Positions 17,699-26,863 of a stretch of 32,000 nt of DNA are shown piece by piece. The stretch spans positions 4,890,001 to 4,922,000 of the forward strand of contig OZ245049.1 of the NCBI GenBank assembly GCA_965224465.1, written 5' to 3'. Under the pieces are notes generated by a model that was given only the letters and a program-made list of their open reading frames with translations, did no database searches and was not told the DNA's origin. The stretch comes from Flavobacteriaceae bacterium (GTDB taxonomy: Bacteria > Bacteroidota > Bacteroidia > Flavobacteriales > Flavobacteriaceae). Positions within the stretch are counted from its first letter, which is position 1; every line of letters begins with the position of its first letter. A program made the position numbers and the translations under genes.

Positions 17699-18882
17699 AT
17701 ATAGGAATGGTATTGGACAAAACGTTTCCTCCTGATCCAAGAGTCGAGAATGAAGCGATTTCTTTAATTAAAGCTGGGCATACAGTCTATTTGTTTTGCC
17801 TTACTTATGGACAAGAACTCCTAGAAGAAGATATAAATGGAATTCTTGTAAAAAGGTATGCATCCAATAAACTGACCTATAAATTTTCGGCATTGGCTTA
17901 TACAGTACCTGTTTATTCGATGCTTTTAAAAGGCGATATAAAGCAGTTTTTGATTGCTTTTTCTATTGATGTCATTCATATTCATGATATGCGTATTGCA
18001 GAAGCAGTTTTTTGGGCAAATGCATCGTTAAATTTACCAACGGTTCTGGATCTACATGATAATATGCCAGAAATATTAAAGTATTACCCACATACTCAAA
18101 ATTTCCCTGGAAAGTATTTGATTTCTTCTAAGAAATGGAAACAAAAAGAAGAAGAATTTATTAAAAAAGCGAGCAAGGTTATTACTGTTTCTAACGAGTT
18201 TATACAGGAGGTTGTAAGCAGAACAGCTATTTCTCTAGATAAGATTAAACTTGTTCCAAATACGGTGTTATCTTCTTTTTATGAGGATGCCGTAATTGAT
18301 CAAAAAATTATTGACAGGTATAAAAATAATAAAGTGTTGTTATACCTTGGTGATACAGGGTTGCGAAGAGGATTGCAGACAGTAATCGAAGCCATACCTA
18401 TTTTAAAAGAAAATTTCCCTGAGGTGAAATTAGTAATTGTAGGAAAAAATTCTTCAGACCAAGTATTGAAAGACCAAGTGGAATCTTTGGGCTGTTCGGA
18501 GTTTGTAGATTTTGAAGGTTGGAAAAACGTTTCCTTATTTCCTTCTTATATTATGGCGAGTACAGTGTGTTTGTCGCCATTGCATCGAAACATTCAACAT
18601 GATGTAGCTTATGCCAACAAATTGTTTCAATACATGAGTTTTGAGAAACCATTGCTTGTTAGTAATGCCACAGCTCAAAAGACATTGATAGAAAGGACGG
18701 AAACAGGTTTGGTACACGAGGAGCGGAATGCTGCTGATTTTGCTGAAAAAACAACATCTCTCTTTAATGATGAACAACAGCGCTTAAGGATGGGAGTCAA
18801 TGGGAAATCGTTTATTGTGAATGAGTTTTGTTGGGAAAAAGCATCTGGAAATTTAATTGATTTATACGAAACCATTTTATAG
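17695..18882 (+). CDS. Glycosyltransferase family 4 (GT-B, group 1)
   Basis: 395 aa. The C-terminal GT1/GT4 signature region has the E-x7-E-like motif (FEKPLLVSNATAQKTLIERTETGLVHE). ATGA overlap with the upstream gene. Confidence 0.8.
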   Translation: MNIGMVLDKTFPPDPRVENEAISLIKAGHTVYLFCLTYGQELLEEDINGILVKRYASNKLTYKFSALAYTVPVYSMLLKGDIKQFLIAFSIDVIHIHDMRIAEAVFWANASLNLPTVLDLHDNMPEILKYYPHTQNFPGKYLISSKKWKQKEEEFIKKASKVITVSNEFIQEVVSRTAISLDKIKLVPNTVLSSFYEDAVIDQKIIDRYKNNKVLLYLGDTGLRRGLQTVIEAIPILKENFPEVKLVIVGKNSSDQVLKDQVESLGCSEFVDFEGWKNVSLFPSYIMASTVCLSPLHRNIQHDVAYANKLFQYMSFEKPLLVSNATAQKTLIERTETGLVHEERNAADFAEKTTSLFNDEQQRLRMGVNGKSFIVNEFCWEKASGNLIDLYETIL

Positions 18883-20177
18883 TGATTAAAGTACTTATCA
18901 TAACATATTATTGGCCACCAGCAGGAGGTTCTGGAGTGCAGCGTTGGTTAAAATTCGTGAAGTATTTGCGTGGTTTTGGTATAGAGCCTGTCGTGTTTAC
19001 TGTTGCGCAACCTTTGTATGCTTTAAAAGATGATGCGCTAATAGAGGAAATACCGAAAGGTATTGAAGTATTGAGGCAAGCTATTTGGGAGCCAAATCAA
19101 TTGTTTTCATTTTTAGGAAAAAAAAACAAAGATGTCAGTGCTGGGTTTTTAAATCCAAATCCTTCTTTTTCTGGTAGGGTGATGCACTATATACGTGCGA
19201 ATTACTTTATTCCAGATGCACGGAAGTTTTGGGTGAAGCCTTCTGTTAAGAAATTAACAGAATACCTTTCTAATAATAAGGTAGATCTTATCATTTCTAC
19301 TGGGCCACCTCATAGTGTGCATTTGATTGCTAAAACCTTGAAAAATACAAGTCAAATTCCATGGATTGCGGATTTTAGAGATCCATGGACAGCCATTGAT
19401 TATTTCCATCAGTTGCCTTTGACAAAAGCATCAAAGAGGCGTCATTTCCAATTAGAAAAAGAGGTGGTTCAAACAGCAAATGCGGTTGTAGTTGTCGGTA
19501 AAACGATGCAGAAATCTTATTTAAAATTAAATCAAAATACCCATGTAATTTACAATGGCTTTGATACTTCTTCTGAACAAGAACATTCAGTTTCTTTGGA
19601 TAAAGAATTTAGCCTAACGCACATTGGATTGATGAATAATGATAGAAATCATTTGATTTTATGGCAAGTTATAGCGGAGTTATCTGAGGAGAATAGGGGA
19701 TTTAAAAATGATTTTAAACTCAAACTAATAGGTAAAGTAGCTCCAGAAGTACGGCGTTCTATTAAAGAGTTTGGATTGGAGGATTTGGTAGAAATAATTG
19801 ATTATGTTCCGCACAGTCAAGTCTTGGAATACCAGGAAAGATCTCAAGTACTATTGCTTTCTGTAAATAATGTGCCTAGTGCAAAAGGGATTTTAACAGG
19901 CAAGATTTTTGAATATTTGAATGCGAATAGACCTATTGTAGCTCTTGCGCCAACCGATGGTGATTTGGCAGCTGTTTTATCAGATTGCAATGCTGGAGCA
20001 TGTATTGGTTTTAAGGATAAAATAGCATTAAAGGAAAGGCTGTTGGACTTGTATCAGAAGTATAAAAAAGGAACCCTGAGTTGTTCTACAAAAAACATCA
20101 AACAGTTTCATAGAAAATCGTTGACAGAAACATTGTCAAAATTAATTTGTACTTTAGTACAAGACACTAAAAAATAA
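18882..20177 (+). CDS. Glycosyltransferase (GT-B fold, group 1-like)
   Basis: 431 aa with a GTG start overlapping the upstream TAG. N-terminal YYWPPAGGSGVQRW and C-terminal KIFEYLNANRPIVAL are typical of GT4-like enzymes. Confidence 0.7.
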   Translation: MIKVLIITYYWPPAGGSGVQRWLKFVKYLRGFGIEPVVFTVAQPLYALKDDALIEEIPKGIEVLRQAIWEPNQLFSFLGKKNKDVSAGFLNPNPSFSGRVMHYIRANYFIPDARKFWVKPSVKKLTEYLSNNKVDLIISTGPPHSVHLIAKTLKNTSQIPWIADFRDPWTAIDYFHQLPLTKASKRRHFQLEKEVVQTANAVVVVGKTMQKSYLKLNQNTHVIYNGFDTSSEQEHSVSLDKEFSLTHIGLMNNDRNHLILWQVIAELSEENRGFKNDFKLKLIGKVAPEVRRSIKEFGLEDLVEIIDYVPHSQVLEYQERSQVLLLSVNNVPSAKGILTGKIFEYLNANRPIVALAPTDGDLAAVLSDCNAGACIGFKDKIALKERLLDLYQKYKKGTLSCSTKNIKQFHRKSLTETLSKLICTLVQDTKK

Positions 20178-20184
20178 CATTTAC

Positions 20185-21267
20185 TTGAAAAAAATCGTGA
20201 CTATATTAGGGGCTAGACCTCAGTTTATAAAAGGGGCTGTATTGAGCAGAGAAATTGCTAAAAGCAAGACTATAGACGAAGTTATTGTACATACGGGTCA
20301 GCATTACGACACCAATATGAGCGCTGTTTTTTTTGAAGAAATGGACATTCCTACACCTGCGTATTTTTTAAATATAAACGGCTTGTCACACGGTGCAATG
20401 ACTGGGCAGATGTTGGAAGAGATAGAGAAGATTTTAATAATTGAAAAGCCAGATGCAGTAGTGGTGTTTGGAGATACCAACTCTACATTGGCAGGAGCTT
20501 TGGCAGCAAAGAAACTAGGAATTAAACTGGTTCATATAGAGGCTGGTTTGCGCTCTTTTAACATGCAGATGCCAGAGGAGATAAACCGTATTCTTACCGA
20601 TAGAATTTCTGATTTATTGCTTTGTCCAACACAACAAGCAATGGGTAATTTACAGAAAGAAGGTTTTGGGGATCTAGAAAATATAACTTGTAAGAGTGGC
20701 GATATCATGAAAGATGCTGTCTTTTATTACAGTCAGTTTTCTGAGGAAAAATCTACCATCTTAAAAACGTTAGGTTTATGCGATACTCCTTATGTTTTAG
20801 CTACCATTCATCGCCAAGAAAACACAGATGATATCAGTAAATTAAAAGCAATATTTGAAGGTTTAGAGACTATTTCAAAAAAGGAAAAAGTAGTAATGCC
20901 CTTACATCCTAGAACTAGGGCGGTGTTGGAAAAACAGGGGTTGACCTATAGTGTTTTATTTATTGATCCTGTCGGGTATTTTGATATGATGGAATTGTTG
21001 AAGCATTGTTCTGTTGTGGTAACAGATAGTGGAGGTTTGCAAAAAGAAGCCTTTTTTCATAAAAAACATTGTGTAATAGCACGTACAGAAACAGAATGGG
21101 TAGAACTGGTATCACATGATTTTGCAATGGTGGTTGGTAGTGATACAAAAAAAATAGAAGCATCGTATGTTTATTACAAGCTTAAAAACAGTGATTTTTC
21201 TATGAATCTTTTTGGAGATAATATTGGAAGTTCTATTGTTAAATCAATAGAAGAATTAATAGCGTAA
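20185..21267 (+). CDS. wecB: UDP-N-acetylglucosamine 2-epimerase (non-hydrolysing)
   Basis: 360 aa. GARPQFIK, VHTGQHYD, GDTNSTLAGALAA, HIEAGLRSFN, PEEINR and TDSGGLQKEA are all canonical WecB motifs. TTG start. Confidence 0.9.
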   Translation: MKKIVTILGARPQFIKGAVLSREIAKSKTIDEVIVHTGQHYDTNMSAVFFEEMDIPTPAYFLNINGLSHGAMTGQMLEEIEKILIIEKPDAVVVFGDTNSTLAGALAAKKLGIKLVHIEAGLRSFNMQMPEEINRILTDRISDLLLCPTQQAMGNLQKEGFGDLENITCKSGDIMKDAVFYYSQFSEEKSTILKTLGLCDTPYVLATIHRQENTDDISKLKAIFEGLETISKKEKVVMPLHPRTRAVLEKQGLTYSVLFIDPVGYFDMMELLKHCSVVVTDSGGLQKEAFFHKKHCVIARTETEWVELVSHDFAMVVGSDTKKIEASYVYYKLKNSDFSMNLFGDNIGSSIVKSIEELIA

Positions 21268-21279
21268 TTTAGCATTTGG

Positions 21280-22758
21280 ATGGGCATCATAATCAAACAA
21301 TCTTTTACAAACACTATTGTTATCCTTTTTGCTTTTGCAATTGGGGCTGTGAATACCTTATGGTTTTATCCTCGTTTTTTGCAAGAGGAGTATTATGGTT
21401 TGGTTACTTTTTTATTGTCGAGTTCAAACTTATTGATGCCTTTAATTGCTTTTGGTGTTCAGTATACGATTATTAAATTTTATGCGTCCTATTCAGATAA
21501 GATAGCGCAGGATAAGTTTTTATTAACCATGCTTGCCTTTCCTTTATTTGTAGCAATTCCTTTTGGTTTTATAGGAAATTTATTTTACGAAACATTGTCA
21601 GATTGGTTGTCAATAAAAAATGCAATTGTAAAAGAGTACACGTTTATTATTTATTTAATTGCCCTAGCAACGGCTTATTTTGAAGTTTTTTATGCTTGGT
21701 CAAAAGTTCAATTACAATCGGTATTTGGTAATTTGTTAAAGGAGATATATCCACGATTGATTGTTTTTCTCTTGTTGATTGGTTTTAGCTTCGAATTTTT
21801 TACAAAAACTACCTTTATTTATTTATTGACAGCGGGCTATTTTATACGGCTTGTTTTGATGATGTGCTACGCGTTTTATTTAAGAAAGCCTGTGTTTACT
21901 TGGGGAATTCCTCCAAACTTAAAAGATGTAATACGTTATTCTTTGTATGTGATTTTAGCGGGTTCAGCAGGAACTATTTTACTAGATATAGACAAAGTGA
22001 TGTTGCCTCAACACGAAGCTATTGCTATTACTGCCTATTATTCTGTTGCTTTATATATCGGATCTGTTGTAGAAATGCCAGGGAGAGCAATGTCTCAAAT
22101 TGTGAATCCTATTACTGCCTTGGCAATAAACGAAAACAAGTGGGCTAAGATTGCAGCATTGTACAAACAGACTTCTATAAATTTAATGCTTGTTTCTGGA
22201 TTGCTTTTTGTGCTGATCAACGTAAATATTAAACAGTTATATGTTTTCTTGGAATCGATATTGGATACATCAAATTATACAATGGGAATTCCTGTTGTTT
22301 TGATGATTTCTCTCTCCAAATTATACCACATGATTTTGGGGAATAATGGCGCTATTATTTCTAATTCTAAAAAGTATAAGATTTTATTGCCTTATGCTGT
22401 ATTAATGGCTTTGAGTGTTTATTTTTTAAATAGATATTTGATCCCAAAGATAGGGATGAACGGGGCTGCCTTATCTACTTTTATAGTTGTATTTGTATTT
22501 AATACTGTAAAGTTATGGTATGTTAAGCAAACGTTTGGCTTTTCTCCTTTTAGTAAAAAATCAATACAGTTGTTGCTGCTATTGGTTTTGTTTTATTTTG
22601 GATTTGTTTTTTGGGAATTTAACTTTCATCCCATTGTCAATATACTATGTAAAAGTACAATAGTAACTGTTTTATACTTGGTTCTTGTGTACGTTTTGAG
22701 TATTTCTAAGGATTTGAATGGCTATTTGAAATCACATTATAAAAAGAGTGTTTTATAA
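21280..22758 (+). CDS. Polysaccharide biosynthesis protein / Wzx-type flippase (MOP superfamily)
   Basis: 492 aa, about 12-14 TM helices throughout, located at the end of the glycosyltransferase block. Confidence 0.72.
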   Translation: MGIIIKQSFTNTIVILFAFAIGAVNTLWFYPRFLQEEYYGLVTFLLSSSNLLMPLIAFGVQYTIIKFYASYSDKIAQDKFLLTMLAFPLFVAIPFGFIGNLFYETLSDWLSIKNAIVKEYTFIIYLIALATAYFEVFYAWSKVQLQSVFGNLLKEIYPRLIVFLLLIGFSFEFFTKTTFIYLLTAGYFIRLVLMMCYAFYLRKPVFTWGIPPNLKDVIRYSLYVILAGSAGTILLDIDKVMLPQHEAIAITAYYSVALYIGSVVEMPGRAMSQIVNPITALAINENKWAKIAALYKQTSINLMLVSGLLFVLINVNIKQLYVFLESILDTSNYTMGIPVVLMISLSKLYHMILGNNGAIISNSKKYKILLPYAVLMALSVYFLNRYLIPKIGMNGAALSTFIVVFVFNTVKLWYVKQTFGFSPFSKKSIQLLLLLVLFYFGFVFWEFNFHPIVNILCKSTIVTVLYLVLVYVLSISKDLNGYLKSHYKKSVL

Positions 22759-22945
22759 TTAATAGTATTGCTAAAAAGCCACTCAATAGGTTAGTATTCA
22801 GTGACTTTTATGTGACAACTATAGTCAGAAGTTGTTGTTATTAAATCAATTAGTATCAAAAGTACATTATATTTTCAGAGTCAATGTGATATAGGTTACA
22901 TACGAAAGAAAAGAGATTTTAAAAGTATTATTTTTACAGTAAAAA

Positions 22946-23560
22946 ATGGAATATATACTACATATCATTTATGGATTTTTAATGGCGTTTTTTGGCTTGA
23001 TAGCTCCAGGAATGTTAAATATGACTGCTGTAAGAACGGCTATTGAAACAAGTAGGAGTGAGGCTTTTAAGTTTTCGCTTGGTGCTGCTGCTATTGTGTT
23101 TCCTCAAGCCTTAATTGCCTTGTTTTTTGCGAGTTATTTTGTGGCACATCCATCTGTTTTAGAAAACCTTTCCATGGCAGCAGTTGTCGTTTTCTTTGTC
23201 TTGTCTGTCGTTTTCTTTATACAGGCTCGTACAAAAAATGAATATGCAGGGAAAAAGAAACGTGGAAATCAGTTTTTGATCGGAGGATTTATGTCCTTAA
23301 TGAATATGATGGCAATCCCATTTTATTTGGGTTTAAGTACTTACTTTGAAAGGAATGGTTACTTAATTATGAAGCTTCCTTATATACTGTTTTTTGTTTC
23401 TGGAGCTTCTATAGGTGCCTTTACTTTATTTGCAGTGTATGTTCAGTTTTCAAAAGTAATTATAAAAAGAGCTCAATATATTGCGCGAAATATTAATTAT
23501 ATTTTAGCGGGACTGTTTTTGTTTTTAGGAGTGGTTTTATTATTGAGAATAATGACTTAA
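22946..23560 (+). CDS. LysE/RhtB-family amino-acid exporter-like membrane protein
   Basis: 204 aa, 5-6 TM helices, N-terminal FLMAFFGLIAPGMLNM (LysE-type PGP/PGM motif region). Confidence 0.7.
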   Translation: MEYILHIIYGFLMAFFGLIAPGMLNMTAVRTAIETSRSEAFKFSLGAAAIVFPQALIALFFASYFVAHPSVLENLSMAAVVVFFVLSVVFFIQARTKNEYAGKKKRGNQFLIGGFMSLMNMMAIPFYLGLSTYFERNGYLIMKLPYILFFVSGASIGAFTLFAVYVQFSKVIIKRAQYIARNINYILAGLFLFLGVVLLLRIMT

Positions 23561-23595
23561 TTTTTATATATTTGGTATAAAACCAACGGAATGCT

Positions 23596-24099
23596 ATGAT
23601 TGAAGCGATTGTAAATAATCTATTTAGAGGGGTTAAATTATTAGAAAGCATGAGTGATGAGACCTATTCGGATACTTCTATAGCTCCGTATTATTCGAGT
23701 ATAGGTGTACATATGAGGCATGTTTTGGATGTTTTTGAGTGTATTTTTGATGGGATTGAAATGGGTAAAGTAGATTTATCAGCACGCAAGCGTATGGAAT
23801 TGGCAGAACTTAAAACCGAGGATGGAATTGCGTATTTTCAAAAGATTATAACCAATTTATATGCCGTACAGTCAGATAAATTTGATCAGTTAATTCTTGT
23901 GTCTGATGATTTAGGTCAGGGCGTTGTAACGGTAAAGTATACCATTGCAAGTGCATTAGCTCAAGCACATAGCCACGCAATTCATCACTTTGCAAGCATT
24001 GGGTATATTATTGCTCAATTAGATATTGAGTTGCCAGACAATGATTTTGGATACAATCCTACAACACCTAGAAATGCTAAAACCAAATCTAATAAGTAA
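23596..24099 (+). CDS. DinB-family (four-helix-bundle, metal-binding) protein
   Basis: 167 aa with the histidine triad spacing typical of the DinB fold (HMRHVLD ... HSHAIHH). Confidence 0.6.
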   Translation: MIEAIVNNLFRGVKLLESMSDETYSDTSIAPYYSSIGVHMRHVLDVFECIFDGIEMGKVDLSARKRMELAELKTEDGIAYFQKIITNLYAVQSDKFDQLILVSDDLGQGVVTVKYTIASALAQAHSHAIHHFASIGYIIAQLDIELPDNDFGYNPTTPRNAKTKSNK

Positions 24100-25261
24100 C
24101 GTATATCCAGCCTTTTAATATTTTTGAGTTGTCGTTTAAACGAAGGATATAGAAATAAGTTCCCGTAGGTAATTTGTTGTTTTTGGCTAAGGTGAGACTG
24201 TTCTTAGATACCCCATTCCATGTATTGTTATAGTTTTTCTTTTTATAGATTAGAGATCCCCATCTATTGTATATGATAAGTTCGTTATTATTATATAAAT
24301 GTAAATCATCAAATACTAATATATCATTTTTACCATCGTTATTAGGAGTAATCGCAAAATTTAAATTTCCAGAGTTAACATCTGTTGTTAAAACTCCTCT
24401 TAGGTCACTACCAATAGTAAGAACCTCATAATTGTTTGGGATAAATGATTTGGATTGTATACTTCCAGCATTTAGATCTCCAGAAATTGCGGTATTTCCT
24501 AAATCTACCCATTTATCTGTTGTTTTGTCCCATCCTACAACACGTAATCTTGAAAGTATTGGGCTCAGAGTTGGGATATCGCTTACGTCATCCCAAGTTA
24601 AGGTTACCATTGTTTCTTCGGTACCGTCAAAGTCCCAGAATTCTAATTGAGTTACTTTTGATATCGTTTTTTCTATCTTATTTGTGTCAAATGGATTGTT
24701 AAATATAGAGGGTGTATTTGGGTTTTCGAAAAAATAGGCTGCTTTAAAGTACGGGCTTATTTTTTGAGTTGGAATTAAAAGTGGTCTTAATCGATCATCA
24801 TCACCTATGGGAAAAGTAAAAGCATCGTTGCCTAGTGTCAATGCATATCCATCGATATAATTTTGATTGTTCTCTCCAGCATAGAATGAGTTTTCTAGGT
24901 AATTAAAACGAATGGAATTAGTAGCTCTTGGCGTACGTATTTTTCCGTTGATAAACGACATAGAATTTTTTAGATCTACAGAGGTCTGTAATACCAAATC
25001 ATTTTTAACATCAATTTCTAAATCATGGAAAGCAGCAATATTACTTCCTGATATTGTTAATGTTTCAGTGTCGCTGTAAAAACCAACGCTCCCTAGATTT
25101 TGATTGAAGGTGCCTTCGTTGATTAGGTTTGTATGAATCCCAACAGTTGCGTTTTTATGTAGTTGCATATTTCCGTGTACAGCCAAGGCTTCTTGTGCCT
25201 TTATTCCAATAGTGGTACAGGTAAATAGTAACGATAAATATATAGATAGCTGGAGTTTCAT
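24089..25261 (-). CDS. Secreted protein with T9SS type-B sorting (gliding-motility-associated) C-terminal domain
   Basis: Signal peptide. The C-terminal ~90 aa (FAITPNNDGKNDILVFDDL...IYNRWGSLIYKKKNY...WNG...LPTGTYFYIL) matches the CHU_C/type-B T9SS CTD pattern. Confidence 0.85.
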   Translation of the reverse strand: MKLQLSIYLSLLFTCTTIGIKAQEALAVHGNMQLHKNATVGIHTNLINEGTFNQNLGSVGFYSDTETLTISGSNIAAFHDLEIDVKNDLVLQTSVDLKNSMSFINGKIRTPRATNSIRFNYLENSFYAGENNQNYIDGYALTLGNDAFTFPIGDDDRLRPLLIPTQKISPYFKAAYFFENPNTPSIFNNPFDTNKIEKTISKVTQLEFWDFDGTEETMVTLTWDDVSDIPTLSPILSRLRVVGWDKTTDKWVDLGNTAISGDLNAGSIQSKSFIPNNYEVLTIGSDLRGVLTTDVNSGNLNFAITPNNDGKNDILVFDDLHLYNNNELIIYNRWGSLIYKKKNYNNTWNGVSKNSLTLAKNNKLPTGTYFYILRLNDNSKILKGWIYVTY

Positions 25262-25567
25262 AACAAATGTGATTGTAAATACTTAGTTTTGCAAAGTAAA
25301 CCTATTTTAAGCAATGAGCAACTTAAAATATGTAAATTTTTCATGTAATTTATTGATTTAAACGTCTTTAAATTTTTAAATCTTACAAGAACTATGTTTT
25401 TTGACTTTAAATGAATTAATCTACTGATTATCAGTTGGTACTGTGTTTTTCGTATTTGTTTACTTGAGAAATAGGGGGTATGTACCCATTTTTATTCTTC
25501 AAGTGCTTAGTCTGATCTCTTTTATCAAGATGTCGGAAAGCTGTACATATTATACGAATAAGGTGTT

Positions 25568-26458
25568 TTAATCAAAAATAGAATACATAAATCCGGAATC
25601 AAATTTACTTCTATCTGTTCCTCCATTGTCGTTGTCACCAATACGTACTTTAAAACCTGTTGTTTGTTGGTCGTAATACGCAATTCCTGGATCGTCATTT
25701 CCAGCTCCATTTCTGCTTGGCTGGGTGAGTTGAATGATGTAGTTGGCGTCACTCATCGCTGTGGTAAACGTTATTTGATATTGACCGAGGCTACTAGGGA
25801 TTTTAGAGACCGTTGCGTTCTTTATTTTTGCAGCAGTTCCATCTGCATTAATTTTCCCATAAGATTTTAGAGGATTATTATAGTAGATACCGTTGTCTGT
25901 ACCTGCTTGCAAATTGTTGTTAGCATCAGAACTGATCATTGCACTAGGACTGATCCATTCTGTACCTGAATTTGTTGAGCTGAGTAGTTGCCCTGTTGTT
26001 CCTGGAGTATTATTAGAGTCGATATAACTTCCTGTCACCGCAATGTTTCCTGTTACTTTTGTATCATTCAAAAGAAGTATACCATTGGTTCCTTTAATTC
26101 TAGTGGTGTTAGCTGCATCTATCTCAATACTGTTTTGAGATGTGATTCTAAAGTAATTAGAAGTAGTAAAATAGATTTCCGAAAATTTATCAAACCAAAG
26201 ATAGTTTGTAGTAACACCTCTCACGTATCTATTGTTTGTGATTTGACCATCGTTGGTATAGATGTTCGTGTTCGGAATATTGGATAAAGGGTGGTAAACA
26301 CCATTTGTAAGTCCTATGTATATAGTACCACTGGAATCTTTATATAAATCTCCTTCACCAGCATTCATACTACTAATGTCTGCAGCGGTTATTAAACTTT
26401 GTCCATAAGAAAATACGCTTCCCAATAGGATTGTTATTATGCAAAAAATGTTTTTCAT
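25568..26458 (-). CDS. Secreted tail-fibre-like protein, short paralogue (296 aa)
   Basis: Signal peptide MKNIFCIITILLGSVFSYGQ. N-terminal AGEGDLY...IYIGLTNGVYHPL module is shared with the 520- and 716-aa neighbours. The middle module VTGNIAVTGSYIDSNNTPGTTGQLLSSTNSGTEW...DANNNLQAGTDNGIYY is shared with the 716-aa protein. The C-terminal domain is shared with the 520-aa protein. Confidence 0.75.
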   Translation of the reverse strand: MKNIFCIITILLGSVFSYGQSLITAADISSMNAGEGDLYKDSSGTIYIGLTNGVYHPLSNIPNTNIYTNDGQITNNRYVRGVTTNYLWFDKFSEIYFTTSNYFRITSQNSIEIDAANTTRIKGTNGILLLNDTKVTGNIAVTGSYIDSNNTPGTTGQLLSSTNSGTEWISPSAMISSDANNNLQAGTDNGIYYNNPLKSYGKINADGTAAKIKNATVSKIPSSLGQYQITFTTAMSDANYIIQLTQPSRNGAGNDDPGIAYYDQQTTGFKVRIGDNDNGGTDRSKFDSGFMYSIFD

Positions 26459-26597
26459 AGCAAATGTGTATGTACTTTAAATATAATGCACATATTATTT
26501 TGCAAAGGTATAAAAAAAAAAGGAAATGATGTTTAGAATTGCTTCATCGGGATTCGTTTTTTTCTTTATTCTCTTAAAATCTAATGGTACTATACTA

Positions 26598-26747
26598 AAT
26601 ACATTTTCAAGTGCTCGGTTTAGAAATGGAATTATTTTTTGTTTTAGCTAGGCGATAAATCTAAGGATAGCCTTAGCTATCGTTCTGTTTTTTAACAACG
26701 TTGGAACGTAAAATCAGCTATTTATATCGGTTATTTGAGATTGTAAT
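26598..26747 (+). repeat. Dispersed ~150-bp intergenic element, full-length copy
   Basis: AAATACATTTTCAAGTGCTCGGTTTAGAAATGGAATTATTTTTTGTTTTAGCTAGGCGATAAAT..GGATAGCCTTAGCTATCGTTCTGTTTTTT...CTATTTATATCGGTTATTTGAGATTGTAAT. Same hairpin stem (GATAGC/GCTATC) with a different loop compared with 11214-11363. Confidence 0.85.
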
Positions 26748-26809
26748 TGGTGTAAAATAAGACATGTCTTTTGGATGATGCGATTCCTGTTTTTTAAAAC
26801 GTATCGGTT

Positions 26810-26856
26810 AGCATAAGACAAGGGATAATTTCACTTAAAATCCCTTGTCTTATGCT
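26810..26856 (-). terminator. Strong stem-loop immediately downstream of the 520-aa fibre-like gene (probable terminator/RNA-stability hairpin)
   Basis: 16-bp perfect inverted repeat AGCATAAGACAAGGGA / TCCCTTGTCTTATGCT with a 15-nt loop, starting 8 nt after the stop codon. No canonical U-tract follows on the minus strand, so terminator function is inferred. Confidence 0.5.
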
Positions 26857-26863
26857 TAAAAAC

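Noticed and set aside
22774-22809. Terminator after the Wzx-like gene (AAAAGCCACT...AGTGACTTTT)
   Set aside because: The stem has an internal C/A mismatch and a 16-nt loop. It is too weak to call from sequence alone.
24089-24099. 11-nt convergent overlap of the DinB-family and T9SS-CTD genes
   Set aside because: This is a simple 3'-3' overlap of stop regions in a compact genome, with no further structure seen.
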